DNA from: Ruditapes philippinarum
Lineage: Eukaryota
Reading direction: 5' to 3'
Assembly: GCF_026571515.1 (NCBI RefSeq)
Contig: NW_026865396.1
Location: 62,001-126,000, forward strand
DNA length: 64,000 nt
Positions 23,591 through 58,675 of the stretch are shown here, piece after piece; the stretch's first letter is position 1; the number at the start of each line of letters is the position of its first letter. The translations under genes and the position numbers were made by a program. The notes beneath the pieces are model-generated. The model ran no database searches. It was not told the origin of the DNA and saw nothing but the letters and a program-made list of their open reading frames with translations.

Positions 23591-26109
23591 GACAGCTTGC
23601 ATTATGTTGGCTGGTCAGTGACTTCATGCTGGCAGTATTTTCATTTTTAGTTCTACATATTTATAAAAGAGCAAGGTGCAAGAAAATTGATAGTGATCAG
23701 AAATTCCATAGGTAAGTCATAATGGTTTAAAAATATATAGGTTGTTATCTCATTCGACCTAAAACTTCCACAATTTTTTTTTCTTCAGCTTTAATTCCCA
23801 TACCATAACAAAGTAAGACTGCTTTATACTGTTTTAATATTGTGAATTTTCAAACCCTTATTAATCCTCTTGTATTTATTTATGTCTACAAAAACATGAG
23901 TCAAATAAATTGTTGGAAAATGAAATGAAATTTGATTGGAAAAGATGAAATATCAAAGTTTATAATCATAAACTTTAGCTTTAATGAAACTGAAAACTGT
24001 ATTAAAAGTTATGAGATTTAAAATGCTTTTGATACAAGCATAACTTTTTTTTTACTTTAAAAATTAATGAACTCAGTTTTAGTGCACATTTAAAAAAAAA
24101 ATCTCCCTCTATAGACTTTTTATACATACCACAATATTTAGACAGCATTTACATATATATAAATTGAATTCGCTATCAAATATTTTGCTGACAATACAAC
24201 ACTATTGCAAAAAAAAAAAAGCATTATTGAACTTTTTTTGTATAATATCTGAGCTAGCAAATAAAAAAAATCAGTTTACATAACCACATACTGTTCCATT
24301 CCATGAAGTAAATTGATTAACAATTAAAATCTTGAAGAAATCCTTACCTGATTTTTACAATCGATACATATCTCAAGAACTTCAGTCGAATATCCTATGA
24401 TTAAATTAAATCTCTTAAATGGAACGTATTCCTTCAGCAGCTTATACATTTCAATCAATGTGTCCTATAGGTTTACTTTATTTACGCTTTATTTCACCAA
24501 ATTCAATCTGATCACTCACGCATGCACAGGGGAAGTAACTCATACATTACTAGATATGACTATCTTCTTGTATAGATGTAAAATGACAAAAGAGGAAATG
24601 GAACATGTTTGGTTTTCTTTCTAGATTTTTGTATTTTGAAGTTATTTTTTACTGATCACAGCTGGTATATATAATTCCTACAATAAATACAAATTTGTAG
24701 AAAAAATATGCACACATACATGCATACTAAGCATTCTAGAAATAAAATTGACACTATTTTAATTTTCAATGATTCAAGCAGTTATCCCTACTGACATTGT
24801 ATACTCAGGACTTGCCTAACATTAAACATAGAACCGTCAAAAAGTTTCAGAAATTTCAGTATATAAGCTTTTAAAGTCAGACTGTACAGATTTCCAACAT
24901 GTAACTTTACCTGGCCTTACCTGGGTCAGGCTGGGTGGATTCTAAATGATCTGCAATTGAAACTTCAACTTAGCATTCATAGGGTAAAACCCCACACACT
25001 AGTTTAACCACATCACAAATCCTAGATGTATATATAAATTTTGTAAGCCATAACTTTATAACATTGATATTTACTAATATTTACTAGTAAATGTTAACTG
25101 TAGCATTATGCTGTAAACAATTTTACAGCAGCATAAACTTTAAGCTGGATTTGTGCATTTAAATAAATGTAAATTAATAGTGATGAGACCAGCATGAAGT
25201 AGTGATGAAAATTTGTCAAAAGAAAAGGGTTTTAAAAAGGGCTTAGATCTTCCATCAGAGCCCAGAATCATCCTACATGTTAACATTTTGTACAATTGGT
25301 CTTGGCCTTTCCATTATGGTCACTTTTTTACCTTATCTACCATACATACAAAATCAAATGAAATGCTAACCATACAGTCATATTGTATGTGTAAATGTTC
25401 AGGATCACAGTTTAAAACTTCATCAAATACTAATTATAACATGCACTCCATTTATATTTATTTTAAAACTAAATACCAAATTATCTGCCATTTCATCAGC
25501 TTACATCTATACATTTTAAATCTTTAAAATAATATTTACAGTTTACATGGCATAAAAACATCAATATGTCTTACATTCACACAGTAAAAATTGTATTGTC
25601 AGTCGTTTGAAATAGAGTGTGGAATTACTATAGAATTATTATATTTTAAACATTATCTTTTATCTGAGGTACGATAAAAATGAAAGCAATTAAAATTTTA
25701 AATAAGTATAGACATCAAATAATAAATCTTATGACAATGAAATAAAATGTGCACTCCAAACATGTGACAAGTCATTATTGATCAAATTCAACCTGATAAC
25801 ATTTGAAGGGAACTGGTTTCTGAATAAAAAAAGAGCTGCCTGTCATTACACCAGAATACTTTATTTTTTCAAAAACCTCTTTGCTCATAGCAATTATTAA
25901 ATGTACAAAATAAGTTTTGTCTGTATCAGAACAGGGTCTGAGATTATAATGACATTCCCCAAGCTCAAAATCAAATCTCAGGTATTTGATTGGTCAGAAA
26001 TTGTCACAGAATGTACACTGACCAATAAAAATCCTGAATCACAAAAAAGTTTAACAACCTTGAGGTTTTTATAAACTCATAGAAATATCCACAAGGATAT
26101 TATAGACTG

Positions 26110-26752
26110 AACTAGAGGCCTGGTTCATGCGTGCGACACAGCTTCTCATAGTGGTGAACATTTGTATGAAGTTTCATTAGAATCCCTCCATACATGTAGA
26201 AGATATGCTGTGGATAAAATCTTTATATTTTATCATCTTTAGTGACCTCGACAATCATCTTTAGTGACCTTGACCTTTTATATATGAACCTAAATTACAT
26301 GTTTCACACCATTAGTCATAACAATGACCATTTGTGTTTCAATCTCTCACTTAATGATGACTAAATGGTTCGAATACACATTTTAATATTTTTATCTGAA
26401 CTTTGACCCCTTGGTGACCTTGACCTTGGCAGCAGGGATCTTAATTTTGCATGCGGCACTCTGCCTTACAATAGTGAACATTTGTGTAAAGTTATATTGA
26501 AACCCCTCTATGCAAGTAGAAGTTTTGCTCCGGACAAGCGTTTATCTATGACCTCTACGTGTGACCTTGACCTTTGACCTAGTGGCCTGGTTCATGCCCG
26601 TGACACGGCTTCTCAAAGTGGTTAACGTTTCTATGAAGTTTCATTATAATTCCTCCCTGGGTGTAGGAGATATGCTCCGGAGAAAAATCGGACGCCGCCA
26701 GCCAGGGAGGAAAACTATAATACTACCCGTTTTTGAAATGGGCATATAAAAA
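26110..26752 (-). mobile_element. Helentron-associated (HINE-like) element with about 4 internal ~155-bp repeats
   Basis: minus-strand 5' end ttttatatgcccatttcaaaaacgggtagtattatag; tgaccttgacct repeats; CTAGTT end. Confidence 0.65.
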
Positions 26753-28219
26753 GGTGTGGTTCAAACAAACAAACAACTGAGATTCTACTTAAGTTGTAAA
26801 GGGGCACAATGATGAATTTGTAATCTATTGATATGTCCTTGTGATGATCATAAGCAGGTATATGAAGTTCATTATTAAGTATTTGAAGTAATAATTATAA
26901 GCAATATCTTAAAGCAATAGTTTAAAAAAAGAGTCATAATTTAGTAAAAACAATTAATGACAGTATTATGCTGTATTTTTACCTACCATGATCTCATGGG
27001 GAATAGAATTGTTTTCCCAGTTTCAATGATAATTCAGCTGTTATAGCGGTTGAAAGTATGTGGGGTAATACAAAAAATGTAAACTGACATCCTTGTATCT
27101 GGCGCTTAAAAATTCTGGAGAAATCAATAACTATTTATATCTATTGTATAAAGATTAAAATTATTATAAGATAAAAAGTAGGAAAAAAATGGCATGAAAA
27201 TTATTCTTAAGGTATATTATATTACTGATATAATATAAGACACCTTCACATTTTGTATCTATGGAACACACAATTACAAATAAATCTAAGCAATCTCTTT
27301 GAAATCTTTTTTTATTTATTTTATATATTTCATGTCTCTCTCCATACTACAGCTTTACCACAGTGGTTGTTGGCGTCCGCGCCGAAGCGCGGCGCCCTAT
27401 ATGGAATGAAATCAGATTTTGTGAAAGGGCGACAGCAACTTCTCGAGCCTTTTATTATCTCACTAGAATGGGTTATGTCTAGACAACAGTGGGAGAGTTA
27501 AAACCAATTGAACATCTTCGCAGAAAAGCTTAAAGGGCATTTACCAAGGGTTTGATGATGTCCTATAAATATGATGTTGCTTTCAGATATTTTTACATCT
27601 TCAAGCGAGCTTGACCATCATATACTATAACAAGCCCATAACATCTGATATTTTGGATAAATTGGGCTGTGGTTACACTTGACTATTGCAAAAATCAATT
27701 AGTTTCAGGAATAAGTTAATTATCTAATAAGTTCTCTAGCCAATTATTTACCTAGCCTAATTAATTAGGCTGGAACAGTTTAACTCAATTAACAGACTTT
27801 TTTCCTATTGCAAAACCAATTGGAAATGGAAAGGGACATTATACCTGTCCTAAATTATCTCATGATGTCTCATAAACAAGTCTAATTTGTTGGTCTTATT
27901 TATGATTATATTATATATTATGTATTAAAGTGATATTATGCTCTTTTTTCACTGTCTAGTAGAGATTTATTAACTACAAATTTCAAAGAATTTACTTTTA
28001 TAATGATGGTGATCTATATATGTAGTTGGTATGACATATGATAAATTTCATAAACTGTAAATTAACAAAAACACTGCCTTTTCCTTTTTATACGGGGAAG
28101 TCAAAGACCGGGCCCGCGAAGCGGGTCCGGGCTTTGGCTTGCCCGGCTATAGACTAAACGTGTATATTTAAAAGAAAATCAAATAAAAAAACAATTAAAA
28201 AATATATAGAATTCTATAC

Positions 28220-28440
28220 CTATCAATGAAATTTTCAGTGTCAGTTCTAGAAAGACGCCGCCATTTACAATGTAACTCAATGATAAAAGGAGGTGTATTC
28301 CGATAACGTAACATATCTCAACTTTTCGGAATAATCGTCGAGTGTTCCGAGTGAAAACGGAAGTGGGTTCATATAATACCGAATGACACCTTTAAAACGG
28401 AAAAATGAAAGGATTTTTTTACCGACTTCCCCGTTCATAG
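28220..28440 (-). promoter_or_regulatory. Candidate minus-strand promoter and non-coding first exon (probably RAB23)
   Basis: CpG-enriched patch; YY1 motif GCCGCCATTT 28257-28266; ETS CGGAAGTG 28358-28365; donor TAG|GTATAG at 28220/28219; strong downstream acceptor at 17473-17472. Confidence 0.5.
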
Positions 28441-28843
28441 GCTTTGCCTAATTTCATATTAAAATATGTACTTTTATCTATAAATTCTGAGAGATTATAA
28501 TTTACAGATATTTCCTGTGTAATTTACAGATATTTCCTTGCGTCACATGGGTTATTTTTCCCCCTGTAAACTTGTAAAGTCAATTATAAAATCGAAAGCA
28601 ATTATTGCAAAATGTTAAGTTATTTTGACTTTTACCTGTGCATGCACTCTGTCTCACCACTTTCTTAGTCCAATATATCAGATTTTAACAGGCTTGTTTA
28701 TGATGGTACTTTGCTTAGAAGTACACAAATCTCAGAGCAATGCCATTTATAAGACTAAGACTAATTCAGTAATTGCATATAGTACAATTACATTTAGTTG
28801 GACTACACTTACACTTGGAGGGGTATAATGCCAATAGTGATAA

Positions 28844-29789
28844 CAGAGCTCCAGATAGCGTGCGTATAAGCGTAAAATACGCATAGAAAATCTAAAATAC
28901 GCATCACTTTCAAAATTCGTGCGTCACAGTTACGCACAGCAAAATGAAAATACGCTCGTATGTCAAAATTTATGCGTGAAAGAATAGAAGTGTAAACATT
29001 TGATATGTAGAAAGAAAATGTTTTGAGCATAAAAATACAATATATTTCCATTTTATTGCATTGAAAACTAAACATAATGTTGTCAACAACGCATGTTAAA
29101 AACGAAAGTAGCAGGAAATACAGAAGGGAGGTAACTCCCGCAGATCAACCTGTGAAATTATTGATGAACTTTGTGCCAGATAATCATCGTAGGAGTTAAG
29201 ACAGTATTAAGTTTGTTTAGTCATCTATTGACATGCTTATGCTTCAATATAAACAAAAATATATTTTAATATCTTTTACTTTTGTTGTTGGAACAAAATA
29301 ACATGTTTTTCACCTGCAGTTTTGTACTCAATATTTTCGTACCCAGTCTACAGTTACGGACAATTTTCTCTCAGACCAATACTTTTTTTTAAGGAAAGAT
29401 ATAAAAAATCTTGTTTATGTTTCTTTAATTCTAATTTCAACTATAATTGTTCAAACTGGAGTACATGATAAGGTACACGCCAACAGAAATAAAGAAAGAA
29501 AAATATTGACTCCTAGAAAATAAAATAATTTCTGGGCTTCCACCAGTGGAAGTTTGGGAGTATGTTTTGTATTGTTTCACATTAAATCACAATTTAATTT
29601 GTAAAGGTTTTTCTAAAAAAGGAAAATAAACAAACAAACAAAACAATAAGTTTAATTTGTTTATAAAAAATGCAAAATACTTTTTTGACAGATTTTACCC
29701 CTTAAGTTTTTCAGAATTTGCATTTTACCCCTCACTCTAAATTTTGAGGGGTAAAAACCCCTTGGCCAAAATAATTATCTGGAGCTCTG
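28844..29789. mobile_element. 946-bp non-autonomous DNA transposon (hAT-like CAG ends, 6-bp TSD)
   Basis: tgataa|CAGAGCTCCAGATA...TATCTGGAGCTCTG|tgataa. Confidence 0.85.
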
Positions 29790-31639
29790 TGATAATGAAA
29801 TGTCAAGCATCGTTCAAAAAGGTCACCGATACATAATACCTTGTTGTGAATCTATATAATACTAGGCACTTAAAATTCTCCTTTGGACTTTTGAATGTTG
29901 TACAAAAACACACGTAATCAGGTAATGAAAAGTAGAAATAAAAATCAACAGTACAATAATCGTTTACCTCCAAGCTATCCTAATGAAATTTTTCAGTTTT
30001 CTTTTCACACAGTTACTAAAAACTATCGATGACACTGTGGAATATATCAATCACGTATCAAAGAGTTTTTCATCTCATTTTGTCACACCTGATTGTGTAC
30101 ATTCGCGACACTGCTCACCTGGGCGCGTTTGATTGGTACAGTTGGAGAACGAGTTCAGAATTGGGAATCAAAATACATTAACTCTAGTTCGGAATTTACC
30201 ATGCTCCCCAAAATGATTTGACTACAAGAATATTTGTGTTTTTTTCAAGCACTGTATACTATTGACATTTATACGCATTACAAAGAACAAAGAAACTTTG
30301 GTTTACTCAATATATGGGGCCCTACTAGTTTAAAACAGTAAATCGAACAAACCGGCCTTAACTGCTGAACTTTAGTAAAATTAAAAGGACCAAAAATAGT
30401 GAACTATTGAAAACATAGTCGTTAATTAATAAACAAACAAATAAAAGAATAAATTTCGAGAAAAATATGCATACAGTTTTCACTTTAAATTAAATATTTT
30501 ATTTTTGTTGTTGTGACTTTGTTAAACTCTGTCAATCACGGTAAAACGGAAAATTGTCAAAGCCCCGCTTTGCACTTTGAAAATTGGTATGACTAACTTT
30601 TTCTTGTAAGTTGAATGTTAGTTCTACACATACCAAAAAGCTTCATGCTATACACACTTATTACATACTATTACAGGGACCTTAAGTTATCTAGCTGAGT
30701 TACTTAATGACACCATTTAGAAATTTTCAATGCTAATACTGAATTAATTGTGTTAAAGATTGAATACTGCTTAATTGATTTGATTTGAAAATCACCAAGG
30801 AAATTGTAACATTTAGGGGTATATATGTATGTTCAGATATTATTTAGAGATCTTGAGATCAGTTGTGAATTCAGAAGATATTAAAACAATGAAATCAAAG
30901 TTAATATCTATATCCATATAGCACAATATCCAACATCCGATTTCCGTTCTTTGGGAATCCGTATCCCAGATTTTATATTTTAAAAAATCAACCTTATGTG
31001 ATCTATTTTTTTTCTTATAATTTCTCATAAATACATTAAGACAATTAAATTGCAAAGCACCTATCCATCTCTTAATTTAAGCAAGATGAAAATACTTAAA
31101 TATACTACATGTAGTATAAAACGTAAAATTAATTGAAAACATTCCGTTAAAACTATTGAAATAGAAATTTAATAGATACCTTAAAAAAGACCCAACCAGC
31201 AGAAGGATAAAAAAAAATATTTCAGGATCGTTAGGTTGAATTTTGTTTTGGACGAACGTAGTAAATACAAGCTAGGGACTTACACGCCCCTATAATTGAA
31301 CATATTCATTTAAAATGAAAACAGTGAAATATAAAAATGATTTACATTTAAAAGTGGGATCACTTTGTTTCCAGATTTTGAAAGCTAGCTATTTTATCTC
31401 CTTTTCCAGGCACTTTTATTGCTTACTACGAACAGATGCATAATCGGCTTATTTCGACCCTTTCTCCTTTTTTTTCATCGCTATTTATGGATCTCCATTT
31501 TCGAGAATTTTATACATAACCATCCCCATTAAATAGATGTAACGAAAACCTAAAAGAGCGACCTTCTAGAAACGGCAAAATTGAAAATGTTGCAGCCTAA
31601 GTTTCAATTAAGGTACGGCATGGGACGGATATTATAGAA

Positions 31640-31732
31640 AGTTGTTGTCACAACGCATGCGCATGTAAACTTCCGTCTAAATTTTAGCCGGCGAATTGAA
31701 TTTTGTGAATTTTCTTTAAAAATCGTACAGAA
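31640..31732 (+). promoter_or_regulatory. USP14 core promoter and 5' UTR
   Basis: NRF1-like CGCATGCGCA 31654-31663 and ETS ACTTCCG 31669-31675 just upstream of ATG 31733; housekeeping-type motifs. Confidence 0.65.
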
Positions 31733-53607
<21,875 letters not shown>

Positions 53608-54324
53608 GAGTACAGTTAACTTTGTGAAATGAACAGATATAAAACAAATTTATAAACCTCACAAAATAGATATAAGTGTTACCATAGAAACTTGGTGATA
53701 AAATTTTGGTAAAAATGCTGATCTGCAGTTTCTGTAACAGATATTTTAAAAATCCTTTGATCGTTTTTTTCTTCTTCTTTACAGTTTGGTAAATTATTTA
53801 TTAAATTATTCATAGTTAATGCAGAAATATAAAAGTTGAGAAAATTTTGTAGTATAACTGCAAACCAACATTTTGCTTATTATGATGATTTCATTGGTGC
53901 CAATTATTTGCTGATTTTTGCAAAATGACATGATATCTGGCAGTTATTACCAGTTTACAATGTTAGTGATCTAGTGTAAATGATAAGTGATGCATACAGA
54001 ATGACTCTATACTGCTTCTAAATGCTTAGATGAAATGTAAGAAAAATATGTTGTGGAAATTCTGTGATTCTTGTGCATTATCTGGTATTAATTTCTTTTA
54101 CTTTATAGTCTCAAAATGTTAAAATTTTCATTTTACTTGTTAACTCTGGTTTAACTTTAGGAAGGCTGAGACCATTTTAAGCAACTGTTAATTAGACTTT
54201 AACGATTGATTGATTGACTGATTGATTGAATGATTTATATAAGTTATGGGCTATGGAAACTTAATTTTTGTGATTGTTTAGTTATGCACCATTTGAAACA
54301 TTGCAGTATATTTATAAAGTGAGA

Positions 54325-54450
54325 AATAAACTGATGTATTGTTCTTTTTATACAACACAAGTGTGACAAGATTTTCAAATATAATAAAAAAAACTGTTAT
54401 GAATTGATGATTGTGTTTTGTTTTAATATGATGGTGTTGTGTTGTGACTT
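54325..54450 (+). terminator. USP14 polyadenylation signals
   Basis: AATAAA at 54325 and 54384, followed by a GT-rich tract. Confidence 0.6.
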
Positions 54451-54494
54451 GGGTGCATTTATGAATATTTCCATTGAGTTACATACAGTGTCCC

Positions 54495-54762
54495 TTGTGG
54501 TTGAGGGGTTGCCATTATCGGTTAAAGCATCCGAATTGCAGCCACTGTTTAACCCTGCGTGATTGTGAAGAGGGGACTAAATGGGTTCGAATTATGATAT
54601 AGAGTCTATGCATCTCTTAACTCCAGCAGCTGATGTGGTTTTGACCCCTGGTATTGCTTTAACATTGTAACACCCAGGTTAGCGAAAATAATCTGTCCTG
54701 TCTCTGCGCCATTTGACCTGTGCCTATGAGAGTGTTGAAGCGCTGTAAACCAAACAAACAAG
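54495..54762 (+). mobile_element. Dispersed SINE-like repeat
   Basis: similar to 39825-40060; (aaac)n tail. Confidence 0.6.
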
Positions 54763-55239
54763 TATGATTGAAAATTAGTACTACATTAGCACCCAATGCT
54801 CCGGTGAGGTATTGTGTTTGGCCTTTTCATTTAAATAGCATCTTTGAAACCACTGTGCCTAGTTAGATGAGAGATCACAATATGTAAATTGTCTATTTTC
54901 CTTGCAGGACTCTAAAATTGTTCACATGGTTTTAGTCCTTTTGATATTTTGGTCATAACCGCTATAATTAACTGCAAGAGTAAAAACTTTAAAAAATTTC
55001 TTATATTTCAGACAGGCATAGAGCTAAGATATTTGTTTTGTTGCATTTTTTAAATAAAAATTTTCAAATTATGACACTATTTATTAAAGGAGTCACTTAT
55101 TTTAAATAAAGTTAGTTCATGAAATCATCGGGAAGTGTGTGGGTTGTAGGGAGGGGTTTAATTGTGTTTGAAACAAACACTCGAATCCGTTCCAGAAACC
55201 TATTAGTACGTAAAGTTCCTTGCTCAAGGAAACAACGGC

Positions 55240-55679
55240 TTGTTCACAAAGAAAAGATCAGGATCAGGATCAACTGATCCTGATTTTATTTTCATTGTTT
55301 TATAAAACTAAAATTGATCGTATTATGCTATAATTAAATGGTACTTATTCGAAATAAAAAAAAATGCTTATTTGCAAAGAAAACAACCTATTTTGGGATA
55401 AAATCTACAATTAACAAAACAAATACAAAAAAATCGGATCAAAATGAGGATCAATTTTAGGATCAAGATCAATATTTGGATCAACTGTAAAATGCCCTTA
55501 TCTGGTAAAAATAACAATAAATCTATTCTAAAATTTCATGAACATGCTATTTCAAGTCCAGTTTTATCAAGTTAATATGGAATATTAAATCTATGATGAT
55601 AAATGATGGAGCATGTTAGAGTTTTTGAATTTGATCCTGATCTTGATCCTGATCCTTAAATCTTAGTGAACACGGGGCC
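55240..55679. mobile_element. MITE with inverted (GATCAG)n arrays
   Basis: tgttcacaaaga..gatcaggatcagg ... cctgatcttgatcctgatc..tcttagtgaacacggggcc. Confidence 0.6.
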
Positions 55680-57421
55680 TGAAGACAGTAGTGCTGAATG
55701 ATGAATTGTTTGTCATAAAAAGTGCTATGTAATAAACAAAGTAGTATTTTGACGTCCATACCAAATAATAAATCACTATGACTGACCTCATTGTCAAACA
55801 AGCATATTTAAGGAGGGATTCAGGGAAATTGGCCAATGAGTAGCTTTTTTTAAAGTGTAATAGGTCTAAGAATTAAGTCTCTGATATCTTACATGCTCTA
55901 AAACCATTATTTAAATGGAATAAAACTAACGTTTGCTCTTTCTAAAAAGAAAAAATAATCTGGTATTAAACTGCCATTTTTTTATCAAACTAGGTCATTG
56001 CTTTTGTTGTCCGTAAGAATAATACCTATAATAATTGTTACTATATACCAAGTTACAAAAGTTGCTGAAACAAAAAATGGTATTTTGACTGGCATTGCAA
56101 TGGCTGTAGAAGTGTTAATGTTATAAACCGTTATAAACGTAAGAGATAATGGAACGTTTGAGATTTGCCGGCGGGATGGTGCTAAACAAGCATTCATTAA
56201 ACTTCATTGAAATAAATTACTGCGGGGTGTCCAAAACATAAACAGTAAATTGCGTATTTTCGATAAAATGTTCAAATGATTATGAATTGATCCGATATGT
56301 CTCTTTGTTCCCTACCACCATGTCCGTCGCTTATATACAAGTAAAAATATTAATTCAAGTAAAAATATGGGGTGTTAAGTAATTAGCTTTAGCTAATGGA
56401 TACTATGATAATACGAGATGTAATTAGAATTATGAAAATGCACCAATAAATAGCAATACAAGTGACTTATAGGACACCCGTGGGGTTGCAATATCTATAA
56501 TTACTTCGCGCCTCTCCCTTCCCCTTTTCTGTTTTGGTAATGCTAATTCGATGAGCGTTTCCGTTGCAATGATTACAAATAAAGCATTCATGATGTCGCA
56601 ATAACTCCCACGTGGTCCATTTAGATAGCACTCAATCATCTTTCGAAATAGACCCCCGTCTATTATTCTGAATGATTCTCCCATTTCGTCATATTATTAA
56701 AGGGACACCTTCAAATATTCTAGCCAGTCCAGGAAACTGTATCCCTAACAGAGAAAATTAAAATTTCAAATTTACAAATCAAAGGAATATAAATATCTGA
56801 AAAAAGTAACCCCCTCGGAAGCATTAAAAACAGCAAATTTACATGAAAATTGCAGATTCGAGTTGACCGAGTCTGTACATGAGGGATAATGAAAAAGTGC
56901 GATTTCCCTCACGTCTCGATCCTAGCACCGGCTTGAGCGGTATTCAATTTTCAACAGGCAAAAAATCAATGATCCTGAAGAACCAGAAAAAAGCAAGCTA
57001 CAGTTCTGTTATTGTAGAATATTTGTTTTTTAGTTTGTAAAAAATCATACCAAAGTCCCTCAACTGGCAAAATTACCTTTTTGATTAATTTCATATCAAA
57101 GCGGATCCACATGCGTGTAATCATGTCTAAACTTATTAAAATAGCAGGCAAAAACTTTGCTCGGGAAGTTCCGTAAGGCAGCTGTTAAAGATAACCCGGA
57201 CTTCACTTCATCGTTGTTGTATTTTTCTGGGAAACTGGAAACTATGATACATTATCTAAAAAATGAATTATACGAGTATATTAATGTCTTGTAAATAATT
57301 TCCTACCATCAAAAATAAACATGTTTTTAACTTGAAATTTTTTGTCATCACTTCTTTGTAAATTATTTCAAGTGGTTGTAGTAAACTTGTAAATGTATAT
57401 ACAATAACAAGATCAACTTTA

Positions 57422-57583
57422 TCATATACAATGCTTTTGGCTTATAAAGAATTCGTCATACACAATGACTTTGGCTTATAAAGAATTCGTCATATACAAT
57501 CACTTTGGCTTATAAAGAATTCGTCATATACAAGGGCTTATTAAGAATTCGTGATATACAAGCTTTGTCCTTTAAAGAATTCG
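57422..57583. repeat. 34-bp tandem repeat, about 4.5 copies
   Basis: tcatatacaatg..tttggcttataaagaattcg. Confidence 0.9.
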
Positions 57584-57799
57584 AAAAAGATACAGAGGCT
57601 GACCATTGATTTTTTTCACGTCATGGTATTTTAAAAATGACATGAATTTAGCTTTCAATAATGTGTGTTTAAAGAAATTCTGTATATGTAATTCAACATA
57701 ACACAGTGTACCTTTATCCCATACTGACCTTCATGAAAAAAGTAAATGTCACAAATTAATTAGAAACATTAACTCATTGGTTAGCCCATATGCCGCGGT

Positions 57800-57989
57800 T
57801 AATCACCCAATTCTAATTGACCGAGCCTCAAAACTGACTCTATTGCTGCGTTGGAAATGACACATTTGCATCCAATGTTGGCTATGAAAACTTTACGGAA
57901 TAAACACATTTACAAATAAAAAGAGATGCATGATGTTTGGAAGATATAAAACTTCACGCAAAATTAAACAGAACTACCTAAAAGCTGAG
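57800..57989 (+). promoter_or_regulatory. Candidate promoter and non-coding exon 1 of the secreted-precursor gene
   Basis: CCAAT at about 57808 and 57872; TATA-like gatataaaa at about 57943; donor GAG|GTAAGG at 57989; acceptor TATAG at 58458. Confidence 0.45.
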
Positions 57990-58478
57990 GTAAGGGTAAC
58001 TTTTTTATAACTAACAAATATAGATATTGACATAACGATAAAAAAAACTTAACTAGTATTTTGTTGTTGTTGTTGTTTGTTTGTGTTTTTGTGCTGTTAA
58101 AAAACTGCATTTTTGTTTAAAAAAACAACAAAAAAAACACTGATTCATTCCTAAATTAATTAAGTAACTAAAAGAATCAATCAAGTTAAAGTATTTGGAA
58201 TTGTGGAAATTACGCTAAAGTAAAAGAATAATAAAGATATGAAATATGCGGGTTTTTTTTTTATAAATAAATATCATATAAGTAGCCCCTTGTACTTTTG
58301 CCCCTAATGAAACAAATACGTTTATATTTTTTTACTATTAAGAAGGGAAGCAGGATTGGAACATTATTATCTGATGTTTATGCTTTTTAGTTAAATGAAA
58401 TAAAACCATTAAATAAAATAGTAAAAATGTTAAAATGTATTGTTTATATTTATTATAGAGTGTTTTTGTGACGTCACT

Positions 58479-58675
58479 ATGAAGTTTAGTGAGCAAGTTA
58501 CTATGTTGCTGCTCTGTCTTGTTTCCGGTATTAACACCACGTGGCAGGAAAGAGTGTGTGAAGGGAAATATAAAGGTATCTCGTGCCTTGGGTCTTACCC
58601 GTGCATGGAGGCGTTTCTAAGGTGTGACTGTATACCACTTCAATTCGCTGGTCAAAAATTCGAAGAACTTTGCTG
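58479..58675 (+). CDS. Secreted precursor, coding exon 1
   Basis: MKFSEQVTMLLLCLVSGINTTWQERVCEGKYKGISCLGSYPCMEAFLRCDCIPLQFAGQKFEELC; donor GTTAGT. Confidence 0.72.

Noticed and set aside
55809-57190. Kolobok-like elements starting ttaaggagg / ttaaagggac
   Set aside because: Matching right-hand TIRs could not be found, so boundaries are unsupported.
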